Both the position numbers and the translations under genes were made by a program. The notes beneath the pieces are model-generated. The model was not told the DNA's origin, did no database searches, and saw only the letters and a list, made by a program, of their open reading frames with translations. From assembly GCA_024274875.1 (NCBI GenBank), contig JAJSAH010000020.1, forward strand, positions 3,897 through 67,896: a stretch of 64,000 nt of DNA, read 5' to 3'. The DNA comes from an archaeon. Its GTDB lineage: Archaea; Micrarchaeota; Micrarchaeia; CAILAH01. Shown in pieces: positions 36,801 through 45,657 of this stretch (positions within the stretch are counted from its first letter, which is position 1; every line of letters starts with the position of its first letter).

Positions 36801-39296
36801 ATTCACCCGAATGTTTGATTGGACATCCGATGGGAACACAACAACATACGCTTTGTTTCCAGCAGGATACTCTTTGTCTGAAATCCTGTAAATGCCGGGC
36901 TCTTTTATATCAAAACAGCATTCAAGACCAAAATATGATGATTTTGCCTGCACAGGCAGGTATGAATTCGGTTCATACAACGCCTTCTTTTCAAGCACAA
37001 GCGTTTTCTTTCCGCTGGGAGCTTCATTGCGCACGCACAACTTTGAGCCAAAAGGAATGGAGATTGCAACTGGAGCAAACAACGGCTCGTTGCTTCCCTG
37101 CACAGTTATAGTATCACCTTCAGTGTAAACTACATAACTGAAATCTTCGCTGCCTATGGTTGCAGTATACTCACCCGGGCCAGGCGCATACAGCAAGCGG
37201 ACTTTGTCATGCTCTACAACACGCATCACTATGCGCAATGACGAATCGCCTGCATCAAAAGAATCAGTCATTTCATCCTCTTGAGACCCGCTCCCTTCTA
37301 AATATACTGAACCATCCTCATTAACGCCAAAAGTTATTCCTTCGCCTAAATCCACTGAACTGCCCCTGCTCATCTCAGATATATCAAGATCGGCGCCTCC
37401 ATAAGATGCGCCAAAATAACTGCCTTCATTAATGGAGAAACTTGGACCCTGCAACTCTCCAGTGAACACTCCTGAAGCGTCATAATCTGCAGATGCAAAC
37501 ACTGCATCCAATTTAACAACGCCTTTGTAATAGAACTCAGGATTGCCTGCATTGTCAAGCCGCATCTCATTAAAATCAGTTATGGTTAGGTCTTCAGGAG
37601 TTATCACGCTAACTATGGCAAATGCATGCTCATTATCATCTACACCTATCTTTGTGGTTCCCAGAGTGAAATTTGTGCCCGAACCTGTTGGGAAACAGGT
37701 GCCTTTTCCTGCTTCAAGATATTTCAGAAGCGTCCTTGCCCCGCCATTTCCAATTAAATGCAATGTGTGATCCTTGCCTCCAACGTTGTCAAAGCATACC
37801 TCACCACCTTCAAACACAGTTGTGGTGCTTGGAGAGAATGGCAATAATCCTGCGCTTATTTCAATGTCCGCAGGTTTTGATGGCTTGCATAGTTTTTTAG
37901 CAAGCTCGTAATCATTAAAAGAGGGTCCCTGGCCAAGCATGAATATAGGTATTTCTTGGTTCTCGCTTGTCAGAACTTCCTTATACAATCCAGATGAGAA
38001 ATTATGCACTCCATAAACATACCCGCCCTGCGAAGAAGTATCAGATGTCTTCTTGCAGTATGTGTAATAATACTCATCATTTGAATTCGGCCGAGTGCAT
38101 TTGTATGTAGAATACACTGCAATATCGCATCTGCACTTGCAGATGAAATATCTCTGCTCGTCTTCTCCAGAGAATTCATCTTTGCCGCAAGTGTACACAT
38201 TCTTATAATACGGACCCAATGCATCCATCACCTCAATGCGCACATACCTGCCTTTTCCTATCCCTGCCCTGTCTATTTCAACGCATGGGTTTAAGCCATT
38301 GCATTTATTGAACTCTAAATCGGAATATGAGAACCCGCGCGCAGTAACGCCTGCATCAGATTTGCTGAAATCCTCTATGTCATCATTCGCATGCTCGCGC
38401 GAACACCTGTTGCACTCTTCACCTTTATCAGGGTTTTCCTTCGCTTCGCTGCATATATCTTCGCATCCTTTCACATATGTATCTGAACTTTCTTCAGATG
38501 AAGAATCAAGATACTCCTGAGCCAATTCTTCAAGCAACCTGTAATCATCTCTCAAGTTATCTATTCTCTTTGAATCAGGAGGATAAGCTGATGTGTCAAG
38601 AATAGGGTTGTATTCGAACCCTTTGGCATTGTATGGATACTGAATCGGCATGTTGGCTTGGCAGCCCATAGGGATTTTATAGGATAGTATGCCCCCCTCA
38701 TCACAGGTATAGCAACCTTCCTGCAAACTCGTGCAATTCAACGCATATTCAGAATTCCTAGCTGAGTCAGATACTGCGTTGCATCCCATATAATATGTTT
38801 CATCGCTTTGCTCATCCAACTTGAACTTCCCTATTGATCCCAAACCATCATAAAAAGATCCAGGATGGAGCGATTCGGAAGGGTATGCAATTCCAAACCC
38901 ATACCCGCGATCTCTCTTACCGCAGACCATTCCAGTGATGTAATACCCTACTTTTTTCTCAGTATCGAATGAACAATCATATTTAAGGCACAGCGTATCT
39001 GGAATGCTTAATACCTCGCATCTGTCACCTCTGTCTTCATAATACACAGTCCCCCGCGGGTCATCATTTGCCCCTTTATACGCAGGAGAACACTCCCACT
39101 TAACGTTCTTTTTCTCAACTTCTTTAACAACTGCCATGCAGCTTGCTTGTTTGCATTCGATGGGGGATTCAGGCACAGTCGGTTCGGCAGATTCCACAGT
39201 AATTTTCGTTGGGAGCTCTTGCCGAACATCATATTTAAGGCACCCTGCAAAGAACAATGCAACCAACAATAACAGCGCAGCGGTTAGTTTATACAC
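30873..39296 (-). CDS. Giant (2807 aa) acidic surface lipoprotein with cupredoxin-like beta-sandwich repeats
   Basis: Lipobox LFFAGC; repeated F/Y.P....V..G...C..N motifs; Cys-rich N- and C-terminal regions. Confidence 0.75.
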   Translation of the reverse strand: MYKLTAALLLLVALFFAGCLKYDVRQELPTKITVESAEPTVPESPIECKQASCMAVVKEVEKKNVKWECSPAYKGANDDPRGTVYYEDRGDRCEVLSIPDTLCLKYDCSFDTEKKVGYYITGMVCGKRDRGYGFGIAYPSESLHPGSFYDGLGSIGKFKLDEQSDETYYMGCNAVSDSARNSEYALNCTSLQEGCYTCDEGGILSYKIPMGCQANMPIQYPYNAKGFEYNPILDTSAYPPDSKRIDNLRDDYRLLEELAQEYLDSSSEESSDTYVKGCEDICSEAKENPDKGEECNRCSREHANDDIEDFSKSDAGVTARGFSYSDLEFNKCNGLNPCVEIDRAGIGKGRYVRIEVMDALGPYYKNVYTCGKDEFSGEDEQRYFICKCRCDIAVYSTYKCTRPNSNDEYYYTYCKKTSDTSSQGGYVYGVHNFSSGLYKEVLTSENQEIPIFMLGQGPSFNDYELAKKLCKPSKPADIEISAGLLPFSPSTTTVFEGGEVCFDNVGGKDHTLHLIGNGGARTLLKYLEAGKGTCFPTGSGTNFTLGTTKIGVDDNEHAFAIVSVITPEDLTITDFNEMRLDNAGNPEFYYKGVVKLDAVFASADYDASGVFTGELQGPSFSINEGSYFGASYGGADLDISEMSRGSSVDLGEGITFGVNEDGSVYLEGSGSQEDEMTDSFDAGDSSLRIVMRVVEHDKVRLLYAPGPGEYTATIGSEDFSYVVYTEGDTITVQGSNEPLFAPVAISIPFGSKLCVRNEAPSGKKTLVLEKKALYEPNSYLPVQAKSSYFGLECCFDIKEPGIYRISDKEYPAGNKAYVVVFPSDVQSNIRVNDYDYSPYSSIAKKDDLICISNPVGEEREVEYSSDEGHSGSFMLPPLQDYCDYSLSENEANYELVDTLSGAKFYISTTGGDVLNIDAYSTAFVPTDGRVAQGGKVCINAVDSDVRIIGPTLVSDSSSLEWDNGAAQSGELISKGQKRCYDMNSDGLHMFRNADTGLYALVAVGDKNILYIVNGNSVPGYAEVAFPDYASAFEGPLNLDLFSQFPDVKVVNLDDINYKVYEDLSISNGTGFSMARLDLSVPDVVIRNNADYDISIKVYSSNGERSITAPANEQVVYEYQLGDYKMRALNVQYKEDDMKSGFVNLEVGINARRMISGDSIVLRPGANVFVVRRIGGIALSYYDEDAQQFNIPKNMLVIRGDVEGGSASALGRVGSSSTLGFGVQMLSGVPSKTEIMQARSMLAYDNALPVFVYSRIGDTDVNMVDPSIPENYSIAEGSKVNVTLADGISRDDVSAPPEAGAYSPSLNGWSFEMPDEDITFSVSSGTVSKQFNLKKAAVTHELKVSYDAYRMDSHGTDNYLVRLHNLAEDPRAVMLRPSDVSANSYCMLVDDGSPATADLQQFWSPQKMTAYSLSASDIDALSNHDPYVGGAAKVTDITLLPNMGYDDIKLSLGRSQDTDENGVGSLVLKSTHRIIPNTYTSKLEQRTIELTPGYITGMKDTFAVREYRIFTPIALETSDKIMRFTYVDLGGDVYSDSYSVLLRRYAPGRSWILSNSDSGGAFSESMLKNWKGSLFVVKGVNVFPSMWYDKWYHNENPGEERPGWVKSGCGYVNTIGEKIGFIVPFNNTVYPEEFAYSFPHIIGVPELGGDAFAGGVGKYEYLRSKRNDYVLLPQVVGRLQYGFGSIMPGSVPNPYDLSHRQDYGKIDIADSRFVEIVPETLILANGEIINDAALKFVDDYSIQRPCGRLITTQPFLLTGDFVGDYNQNYGGRTCGDKRDFEAKPIPGRLSNDVKNALWSDLIVAASKPLIIYNKYGALCGYPAEDSTVDEEGTELWYWCRATKQDWGADSQLKGTRDDNWYLANVIGGIDSFAYSEDESGRVRFFDLSNPVGQYNGVYRFINNDYYEFPETPCDTSSNPNNDLDPGNRIRGGIDESSLTNGILFMVNSIDPGRTYFLAGEVQEGVSEFGQGYAISDVFQINSESGLKAVCYGEDTFDGIQEVISPLGTVSYSPDMQGWYSVHESPYYPNLLDVQDGKEIIFSHISPFARNLADTELGDLLYKVPSFAHDGRMYRNTSLSMDYIMENALYADVYLYNLTVMQQIDPGDPSTAVSVDELDVALGDEIVINNTGPDAVVWYYGALDPCSEDDIYGVIQNKMTKICSGDYEDCIIDSVQYSVSPIDMDAYLSAKSVEMGDKIRRLELSPGEHQTFNTANELQIPNDGKKIRYLFYNPYSGKSFTVNVYKPEVQIELDISSFQPRKVSIPNSEDSRLCITNRDDEDRTVIFKDYLTGFEDEQSLSPGDRVCRDAQRVSTHSIIDSLTQRQLYATVDEIGSPSQLSILAEIAESIAEPKMGADNPVYRTQLLNPRAPATPSFITTELIDVSQLASVGDEGYSGLADQIAEIEGVCRSVKSVDDEVCGGATEQSETENIEHTYDYRDFSIDGCCCDEDTGICVDLDKDFCESYGLQYKYMCPYENTVYKQRCISTIPFYIHMSSNELRLSDADIENMKNAIDAIDEKLKEKMGEGLQRADMVGYIVVIDDPGAGRRGECTISSYLEGLYNVSRYALVNHGMPSIIIGFGINRNANEDESCWTNTEMIKQLKDLYGQDFVIMIGSGIIGMGQYCLVDTSCKPLSTGIAGEDYGLYYDSSTSGEDPFTYGVHTDQLYPGMPTFSQYAGAMFGSSASTSFETEGDLASSYGQFENTISSYSDLLSSSGISLPSFGEGSDVADLLNSFEDVNNPDVILENAVRKDPYARHWFDLCGNYYYMGEGQALMIFSESDIPKGQQGNMCDQSRLMELYKKYKCE

Positions 39297-40070
39297 TCAT
39301 GACCCCCCTACTTCCAAAAGTTCTACATCAAACTTTTTATTCTTATTATCGTCATACACAATGTGCCTAAGCATTATTGGGATGCTCTCATCCACCCACA
39401 GCTCTTCCTCCCCATTCGCGTATATGAACACGCTTGCGTTGAATTTTCTTCCGCCTGCATTGTATGTTTCATACCTATCGAAGCTTTCCGCATCCAAATG
39501 CTCCTTGCACACAAACCATACTGGATACCCTGAACAGCTCATAACATTATTGTTGGACTGCTGAAAACTGCCAAAACCCTGCAAATCTGTTTGGTATTGC
39601 ACGCATTTCCCATCGCTCGCATAAGTATAGTATATGGCTATCTCTGTATGCCTTCCGCCGTAATTAGAAGTAACTGTTGATTTTATTCTGTAATACTGCC
39701 CAGTGAAAGAATCAAACTGATATGTTGAATGGACCGTGATATCCTCGAAGCTTACTGCATACTTCGTGCGCAATAACATTAATTCACTGGGATTGCCGAG
39801 CGGCGTGCAGTTGGAGAACTCCGATTGCTGATCAAACCATGTTCCCGAGCTCTGCTCAACAGCAGATTCTGGTTCTCTGTCGCCAATATTCTCACCAAAA
39901 TCCGCACCTGAAGATTCCTGGTTAGAACTCTGTTCAATTTCAGCAGCATTCGCAAACGGCATAACTTCATCATTATGCGAAGGTGAGTTTAAGTATGACA
40001 ATATAAGCACAAATGCGAACATCGCGCCTATCAGCAAAACTATCATCGTGTTGTCTTTGCTCAAATCCAC
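39297..40070 (-). CDS. Membrane-anchored exported protein
   Basis: N-terminal TM, S/E-rich linker, beta-rich C-domain (LWVDESIPIMLR). Confidence 0.65.
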   Translation of the reverse strand: MDLSKDNTMIVLLIGAMFAFVLILSYLNSPSHNDEVMPFANAAEIEQSSNQESSGADFGENIGDREPESAVEQSSGTWFDQQSEFSNCTPLGNPSELMLLRTKYAVSFEDITVHSTYQFDSFTGQYYRIKSTVTSNYGGRHTEIAIYYTYASDGKCVQYQTDLQGFGSFQQSNNNVMSCSGYPVWFVCKEHLDAESFDRYETYNAGGRKFNASVFIYANGEEELWVDESIPIMLRHIVYDDNKNKKFDVELLEVGGS

Positions 40071-40071
40071 C

Positions 40072-41136
40072 CTAAATCACCCTTACCATGCCGCGGCCAA
40101 TATCTGCAATATTGCCGCCAAGTATTTGCGCAACTGTTCTTGCGAACAGCACTGTCCCAACCATTGCTATGAACGGGAAGAAATACGAATATAAACGCAC
40201 TACGGAGAATCCTGATGCATCCATCTTTGGCAATGCACTGCCATACCCGCTTCCCGATGACTTCTGCTTAAAGAATTCCTCGACTGCTGACGGATCGTTT
40301 GGGCACAGCTTCTTGCCCTGCTGCGCAGGAGGGCTCTCCTCAACCTCTGCGATTATGGAGCAACTCGACGGAAGTTTAGGTCCGCTGAAAAATAAAATAT
40401 TCAAGAGGAACGGATACACAAAATACAGCGAGATTGATACAGCCATTATCGCTGCTCCGGCGCCGCGAGTGTAAGGGAATGAACGCAACAGAATGCCTAT
40501 GGGGAGGTAGACTGCCACCATGCTTGCCTCAATCCACTGCAGGAAGTTTATCTGGAAATATGTGGCTATAGAAAGCCAAAGTATATTCTCTGATTCAACG
40601 ATCGAATTCATCAAGGATTTCCATGTTGAAATGAATAGCGGAGATAAAGGCAACGGGATGTTCGCGCCAAGAACATACGTAGACAATCCCATGCGAGTTA
40701 AGATCTCCTCAGATTGATCATTAAGCCTTGCCTCATATTCTGATTTGAGGCACTTTGTCATAGCGATGAAATATACATAAGATACATCAAATATATTTAC
40801 TTGAAATCCTGGCTTGCCAAGAAGCCGTTGAGCTGCTTCCTCGCTAATCATATCGCGTATATCCTTGTCCTGCGTGATGAGCAACGCAGATGATGACTCA
40901 AACGCAGCAAGAAACATAATCAAAATTATAGTTGCGCCAAGCTGATACATCTCCTTTCGCACAGTCATCTCTAATCTCCGAGAACTGAATACGCGCGAGA
41001 TCATGTACAACAAAGACAGCGAAAATGCAATAATCATTACCACTGTCATTGCGATGGAAAGCCAACCTGCCGGCAGATTTCCTGCAAGATTGCTCGCAGA
41101 AGTTTCCCACAATGAACCTATCGTAAACCAAAACAT
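40072..41136 (-). CDS. CedA/VirB6-like multi-pass membrane protein (paralogue 6)
   Basis: YMISR...KEMYQL; LPIGILLRSFPYTRGAGAAIMA...LYFVYP; C-terminal LGG. Confidence 0.6.
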   Translation of the reverse strand: MFWFTIGSLWETSASNLAGNLPAGWLSIAMTVVMIIAFSLSLLYMISRVFSSRRLEMTVRKEMYQLGATIILIMFLAAFESSSALLITQDKDIRDMISEEAAQRLLGKPGFQVNIFDVSYVYFIAMTKCLKSEYEARLNDQSEEILTRMGLSTYVLGANIPLPLSPLFISTWKSLMNSIVESENILWLSIATYFQINFLQWIEASMVAVYLPIGILLRSFPYTRGAGAAIMAVSISLYFVYPFLLNILFFSGPKLPSSCSIIAEVEESPPAQQGKKLCPNDPSAVEEFFKQKSSGSGYGSALPKMDASGFSVVRLYSYFFPFIAMVGTVLFARTVAQILGGNIADIGRGMVRVI

Positions 41137-41137
41137 G

Positions 41138-42241
41138 TTATACCGCCCTCATAATGCCGCTTATGTCAACTTCCGTGCCTAACGCACCTGAAATGCTGCG
41201 GACCGCTGCTGCCATAAGCATCACTTCCAAAACTGGCAGGAAGAATGCTATCAGCATTATTGACCCAAATGATGAATAAACGCTTGCTAAGTCGGATTCA
41301 ACATATTCCGAAGATCCGGTTATAAACCCTAATTCTGATGCAGCCATGGTTGATCCTGTTGCAATGCCCATTACCGCTCCAAGCTTCGACGCGCTTCCTA
41401 TTGCGCCTGCCAAAGATACGCCAAGCATGGCTGCAGATAACGGGACTATATAAACCATTGCGTCAACGCTGTCAAGCTCGCTGTAATCAACACCTCCCGC
41501 CATTTCAAACCCGAAAGTAACCATCAAAGGATATATGAATGACATTCCAAGCGACACTGCGATTAGCACGCCGCCAAATTTCCTAGTTAAAGAAAATGAC
41601 CTGAACACCAACCCCACAGGAAGAAGCATCATGAATACTTTGCTCTGCGCAATCTTGAATATAGTATACTGAAAGATTATGGAAAAATACGCAAGCAAAA
41701 CTGATTGAGAAACTGGGGCAATCATGCTTGCCACTATGCTATGCGTGCCGAATGGGGATAACAGTACGCTCACGCCATGCAATGAAAAACCTGTGTAAGC
41801 GCTGCCAAGTTTTGAGTAATCCATGATTGCATTCGACATATCAAGGTATACATCAAGGATTGTTCCAGCAAGCATCTGAAATTTGCTCTCCGTCTGAACA
41901 ACCATCGCGCTCACCCCTCCGTTATAACCCAATCCATCTTCATATATGGAGATGCCGCATAGCAAAGGGATGACTGCGCGCAATGCAACTGCAAGCAGCA
42001 AAGTAATCCCTATCTGCTGGAATTCATTTTTAGTGGTCGCCTCTATTTCCGGGCTGCCCATCAGGCTGCCAATCATATACCATAATGAGACAAGCAGCCC
42101 AGAAATCATTATTCCCATAAGGAATATTGATGCAAGGTCATCTGAAATAATTTGCGCGCAGGAAGATGATTGCGCGTGCGCATCGCTGGCAATTATTGCA
42201 AGCATGATGACCAATGATGCTGCTAGTGTTCTTAACTTCAT
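41138..42241 (-). CDS. CedA/VirB6-like multi-pass membrane protein (paralogue 5)
   Basis: YMIG...NEFQQI; LPVGLVFRSFSLTRKFGGVLIA...FIYP; LG.EVDI. Confidence 0.6.
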   Translation of the reverse strand: MKLRTLAASLVIMLAIIASDAHAQSSSCAQIISDDLASIFLMGIMISGLLVSLWYMIGSLMGSPEIEATTKNEFQQIGITLLLAVALRAVIPLLCGISIYEDGLGYNGGVSAMVVQTESKFQMLAGTILDVYLDMSNAIMDYSKLGSAYTGFSLHGVSVLLSPFGTHSIVASMIAPVSQSVLLAYFSIIFQYTIFKIAQSKVFMMLLPVGLVFRSFSLTRKFGGVLIAVSLGMSFIYPLMVTFGFEMAGGVDYSELDSVDAMVYIVPLSAAMLGVSLAGAIGSASKLGAVMGIATGSTMAASELGFITGSSEYVESDLASVYSSFGSIMLIAFFLPVLEVMLMAAAVRSISGALGTEVDISGIMRAV

Positions 42242-42242
42242 A

Positions 42243-43334
42243 TCATACCACCCTTACCAACTGCGAGAAATCAATCTCGCTACCAAGCAAATGCGCAAAC
42301 TCGCGCGCCATTCCTAATGAAACAATAATTGCAAGCATTGGCAACAGCATGCCTTCCACGCCCATCGTCAGAAAGATAACTGCTATGCCTGAACTGCTGC
42401 CATAGGACAGGTTGTCTGCCGCATTCCCAACTAAATCTGAAATGGTGGGGTTGTCAAAACCTGAACCAACGCCAAATTCAGAAGCAAGACCTTTGTATGC
42501 ATCTGTCTTGCCTGCGAACTTAGTCATTATGACGCCTCCTAGGTCAGTGAGGATATCTGATTCTCCGCACTTTGGATCTGACGGATTATAGCTCATCCCC
42601 ATCGTTTGCACGAGCAATTCTTTGTTGAACAGGTACATGCCAGGCAGCACTAAGTACAGAGCCATGAACAGCGCTATGAGAAGGTTGCCCGCATGCCTGG
42701 AGAACTTAAACGACCTAAAGAATATGCCTAGCGGGAGCAGAGCGCTTGCCCCTTTATCGACAACAAACGAAATGATCAAATGATGCAATTTAACCATGCC
42801 AAGAGGTATGAACATATAACTCTGCACATTTGCAACTGAAGTCAAAAGCGGCTGCAGAAACGGCGCAAACGATATGCCTGCATGCCAAGTTGACAAGCCA
42901 GGCGCCTTGCCTTCCTCTTTGTCCTTCCCGCTGGATTTCATATTGGCAGTATCAGTATCCGATGCAGATTTAACATCCTGCGGAGTGCCTCTCATGCTGA
43001 ATACAGATGGATTAAAATTGAATGTTATCGATGCAATCAGCGAAAGAACATTGGAATCAGCAATGAAGGATGCCTGACATGAAACCATCTTGTTGAACAA
43101 GTAAGATATATACTCCTGCGAAGAGGTCACATAATCAGTTATGTATGAAAATGATGCAAAGGACGCCAAACTTGCAAACAGAACTAAAGTGATGAACACA
43201 TTCTGCATCTCGAGCTTCGACCAAGCTCGCAGAACTTCTGAGTTAAGGAGGTATGACAGCATGTATATGAGCACAGTAAGCAGGTATGATGAAATTACAC
43301 CTATTATTGCAAGCTCGTTCCAAGTAACCATCAT
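42243..43334 (-). CDS. CedA/VirB6-like multi-pass membrane protein (paralogue 4)
   Basis: YMLS...WSKLEMQNV; LPLGIFFRSFKFSRHAGNLLIA...LYLVLP; LGSEID. Confidence 0.6.
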   Translation of the reverse strand: MMVTWNELAIIGVISSYLLTVLIYMLSYLLNSEVLRAWSKLEMQNVFITLVLFASLASFASFSYITDYVTSSQEYISYLFNKMVSCQASFIADSNVLSLIASITFNFNPSVFSMRGTPQDVKSASDTDTANMKSSGKDKEEGKAPGLSTWHAGISFAPFLQPLLTSVANVQSYMFIPLGMVKLHHLIISFVVDKGASALLPLGIFFRSFKFSRHAGNLLIALFMALYLVLPGMYLFNKELLVQTMGMSYNPSDPKCGESDILTDLGGVIMTKFAGKTDAYKGLASEFGVGSGFDNPTISDLVGNAADNLSYGSSSGIAVIFLTMGVEGMLLPMLAIIVSLGMAREFAHLLGSEIDFSQLVRVV

Positions 43335-44728
43335 AACAACCTCCCTAACGCAGGTATCTCAACATCGCCGCCCAACAATGGAGACAGCCCGCGTATGAAT
43401 GAGAATAATACATAGAAGTTTATCAACGGCAACGCCAGCGCAACTATCAGGTATCGAGAAATAAGGTCAAACGCGCCTACCTTTCCTGTTTCATAGTCTG
43501 TGTACAAATCATTCGCATCCTTGATTGTTGCACTGTTAAGGCTGCTTATAGCTACCAACACTGATATAAGCACAAGCACATCGATAGCCGTTTTAAGGAT
43601 GCCTCCAGGGGTCGTCACAAGCTTTACTATTTCAGCTACGCGCAATGCAGTAAAACCCATTATAACTAATAGCATTGCAAGAGCCGAACCTAGCGTGCTA
43701 TCCCCAAATGCATCGGGCAACTCTGATATTGTTTCAAAGAAATCCTCCTCGCCAGTTTCAGGAATACCCATGCCAGACATGCTAGCGCTCTCAGATATGC
43801 CTGCCTCCTGCATAGGTTTTATATCAATCGTGTACCACCCCAATGCATAAAGCATCGGAAGAACATACATAAACCCAATCCCCATCGCAAGGAATAAGCC
43901 TCCGGCTTTTCTGAATACCCATATTGACCTAAATAAGATGCCAAGAACTATCAACCCGCTCGCAAGGCCGAACTCAAAAAACTTGAGTATGCTTTCTTGG
44001 AATTTGATGATCATCATTATCTTTTCCGTGAATGCAATGAGGTTGTCAAGAGTGTTCAGAAGCACTGAGTGCAGCGGGAAAGATGATGCAAAACTTATCC
44101 CAAAAATCTGGTCAAGAATGCTCATGTCTGTGCTGAACCCAAACGAATCTATTGAGTAATATATTGAGTAATCATGCATGAAATTTTTCAAAAGAACTGC
44201 AAGCTTTTCATAAGTTATCCCTAAGTACGAACGTGCCATGAGGAATTTTGGGTCGCAGTTTTCAGCGCCTGGACCTGTGCATACTGCCTTGCCTCCGACC
44301 ACCGAAACTTTTAGCCCATTTCCTGATTCTCTCCACCTGTTTGAGGCGGGATCATAAACCAAATCAGTCCTTAATTGGTGGCATTCAGGACCTTCGCAGC
44401 TCACCTGCGGATTAACGATGCCTACAAAAAACTCATCAGTAATGCCATTCACAAGCGCAAGCGCGCCTACCAGCGATGCAACGATTATTGCAGAAAATAC
44501 TGCCTGCATAACCTCATTCCTGCACCACGCTTTGATTTCCTCATCTTCAAGCATATACGAAACCATGTACGCAAGCGAAACCAACAGCAGATGAATTATG
44601 ATTACTGCTGCAGCAAGCGAAATCCAACCTGTTGTGTTGAACAGGTCAAACCACCCAACATCATCGCTAGCAGCGTAAGCAAGAATCATCAACATCGCGA
44701 ATGACAGAAGAATTTTGCTAGACATCAC
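43331..44728 (-). CDS. CedA/VirB6-like multi-pass membrane protein (paralogue 3)
   Basis: YMVS...WCRNEVMQA; LGILFRSIWVFRKAGGLFLA...YVLP; LGGDVEI. Confidence 0.6.
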   Translation of the reverse strand: MMSSKILLSFAMLMILAYAASDDVGWFDLFNTTGWISLAAAVIIIHLLLVSLAYMVSYMLEDEEIKAWCRNEVMQAVFSAIIVASLVGALALVNGITDEFFVGIVNPQVSCEGPECHQLRTDLVYDPASNRWRESGNGLKVSVVGGKAVCTGPGAENCDPKFLMARSYLGITYEKLAVLLKNFMHDYSIYYSIDSFGFSTDMSILDQIFGISFASSFPLHSVLLNTLDNLIAFTEKIMMIIKFQESILKFFEFGLASGLIVLGILFRSIWVFRKAGGLFLAMGIGFMYVLPMLYALGWYTIDIKPMQEAGISESASMSGMGIPETGEEDFFETISELPDAFGDSTLGSALAMLLVIMGFTALRVAEIVKLVTTPGGILKTAIDVLVLISVLVAISSLNSATIKDANDLYTDYETGKVGAFDLISRYLIVALALPLINFYVLFSFIRGLSPLLGGDVEIPALGRLL

Positions 44729-45657
44729 ATCGGCACCTCACCAATAAAGTCTTTTGAGAACATTGGGAACACTGACCTCGCTGCCGCAATAGACAAAATC
44801 ACCGCAAGCAATGGCAGAGTTAGCGCGTAAGGCGATATGTACGCGAGCCTCGTGACCGCTTTAAGCGAATCTCCATCATCAAAATCATACGCATCGCCAA
44901 GCGCAGAACGATCTATGCGCTTCTCAAGCTGCTTCAAGAAATCCTTGCTAACATCCTCATGAATCTTCGCGCCGAGCACATACACCATGGGATACACAAA
45001 ATAGAATGCAAGGGAAAGCGATATTAAATACGCACCTGCATCGCGCGTGGTTGGGAGAATCTTCAGTATAAATCCTGCCGGAAGCAACAGAGCTAAGAAA
45101 TATCTCTTTATGAAATCAAGCGCTAATATCTGCATCACCAAAGATGCCGAAAAAGGGATTATTACATTAGCCATCATCTCAAGATTGTTCGCTATGTACA
45201 CGCTGCCTGCCTTCTCCGTATAACACGTCCCTGCCATGCATGAAGGAGCGGGAGTGATGAGAGTTGATTCTACGCGCGCTTTGACTGCAGAATCCCACAG
45301 GATATTTATGTTAAGAGGTATGGAGTCCTCATAAACTGATCCTATTGCAAACCGAGCAAGGTAGGCTCTGCCAACTGAGAACGGATCCTCGCCTTCACCT
45401 ACCATGAGCGAAGTTGTTTCATACAACAGCGCAGCAAACCCAATTATCCCTATTATCATGAGCAATGAGATGACCAACCTTGCAAACTCTACCTTTGCCC
45501 TGCCTTCCCAATCAGGCCTCTGCATAACCCTCGCTATCATGTAAAACAGCGCAATTATAAGATAAGTGATTATGAACAGCAGCATTACCACAGGTATCCA
45601 AGAGAAATACCCTTGAGGCTCAAACAATAAATCAATGAATGTCACCACCATAATCAC
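44725..45657 (-). CDS. CedA/VirB6-like multi-pass membrane protein (paralogue 2)
   Basis: YMIAR...RAKVEFARL; LPAGFILKILPTTRDAGAYLIS...FYFVYP. Confidence 0.6.
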   Translation of the reverse strand: MIMVVTFIDLLFEPQGYFSWIPVVMLLFIITYLIIALFYMIARVMQRPDWEGRAKVEFARLVISLLMIIGIIGFAALLYETTSLMVGEGEDPFSVGRAYLARFAIGSVYEDSIPLNINILWDSAVKARVESTLITPAPSCMAGTCYTEKAGSVYIANNLEMMANVIIPFSASLVMQILALDFIKRYFLALLLPAGFILKILPTTRDAGAYLISLSLAFYFVYPMVYVLGAKIHEDVSKDFLKQLEKRIDRSALGDAYDFDDGDSLKAVTRLAYISPYALTLPLLAVILSIAAARSVFPMFSKDFIGEVPM

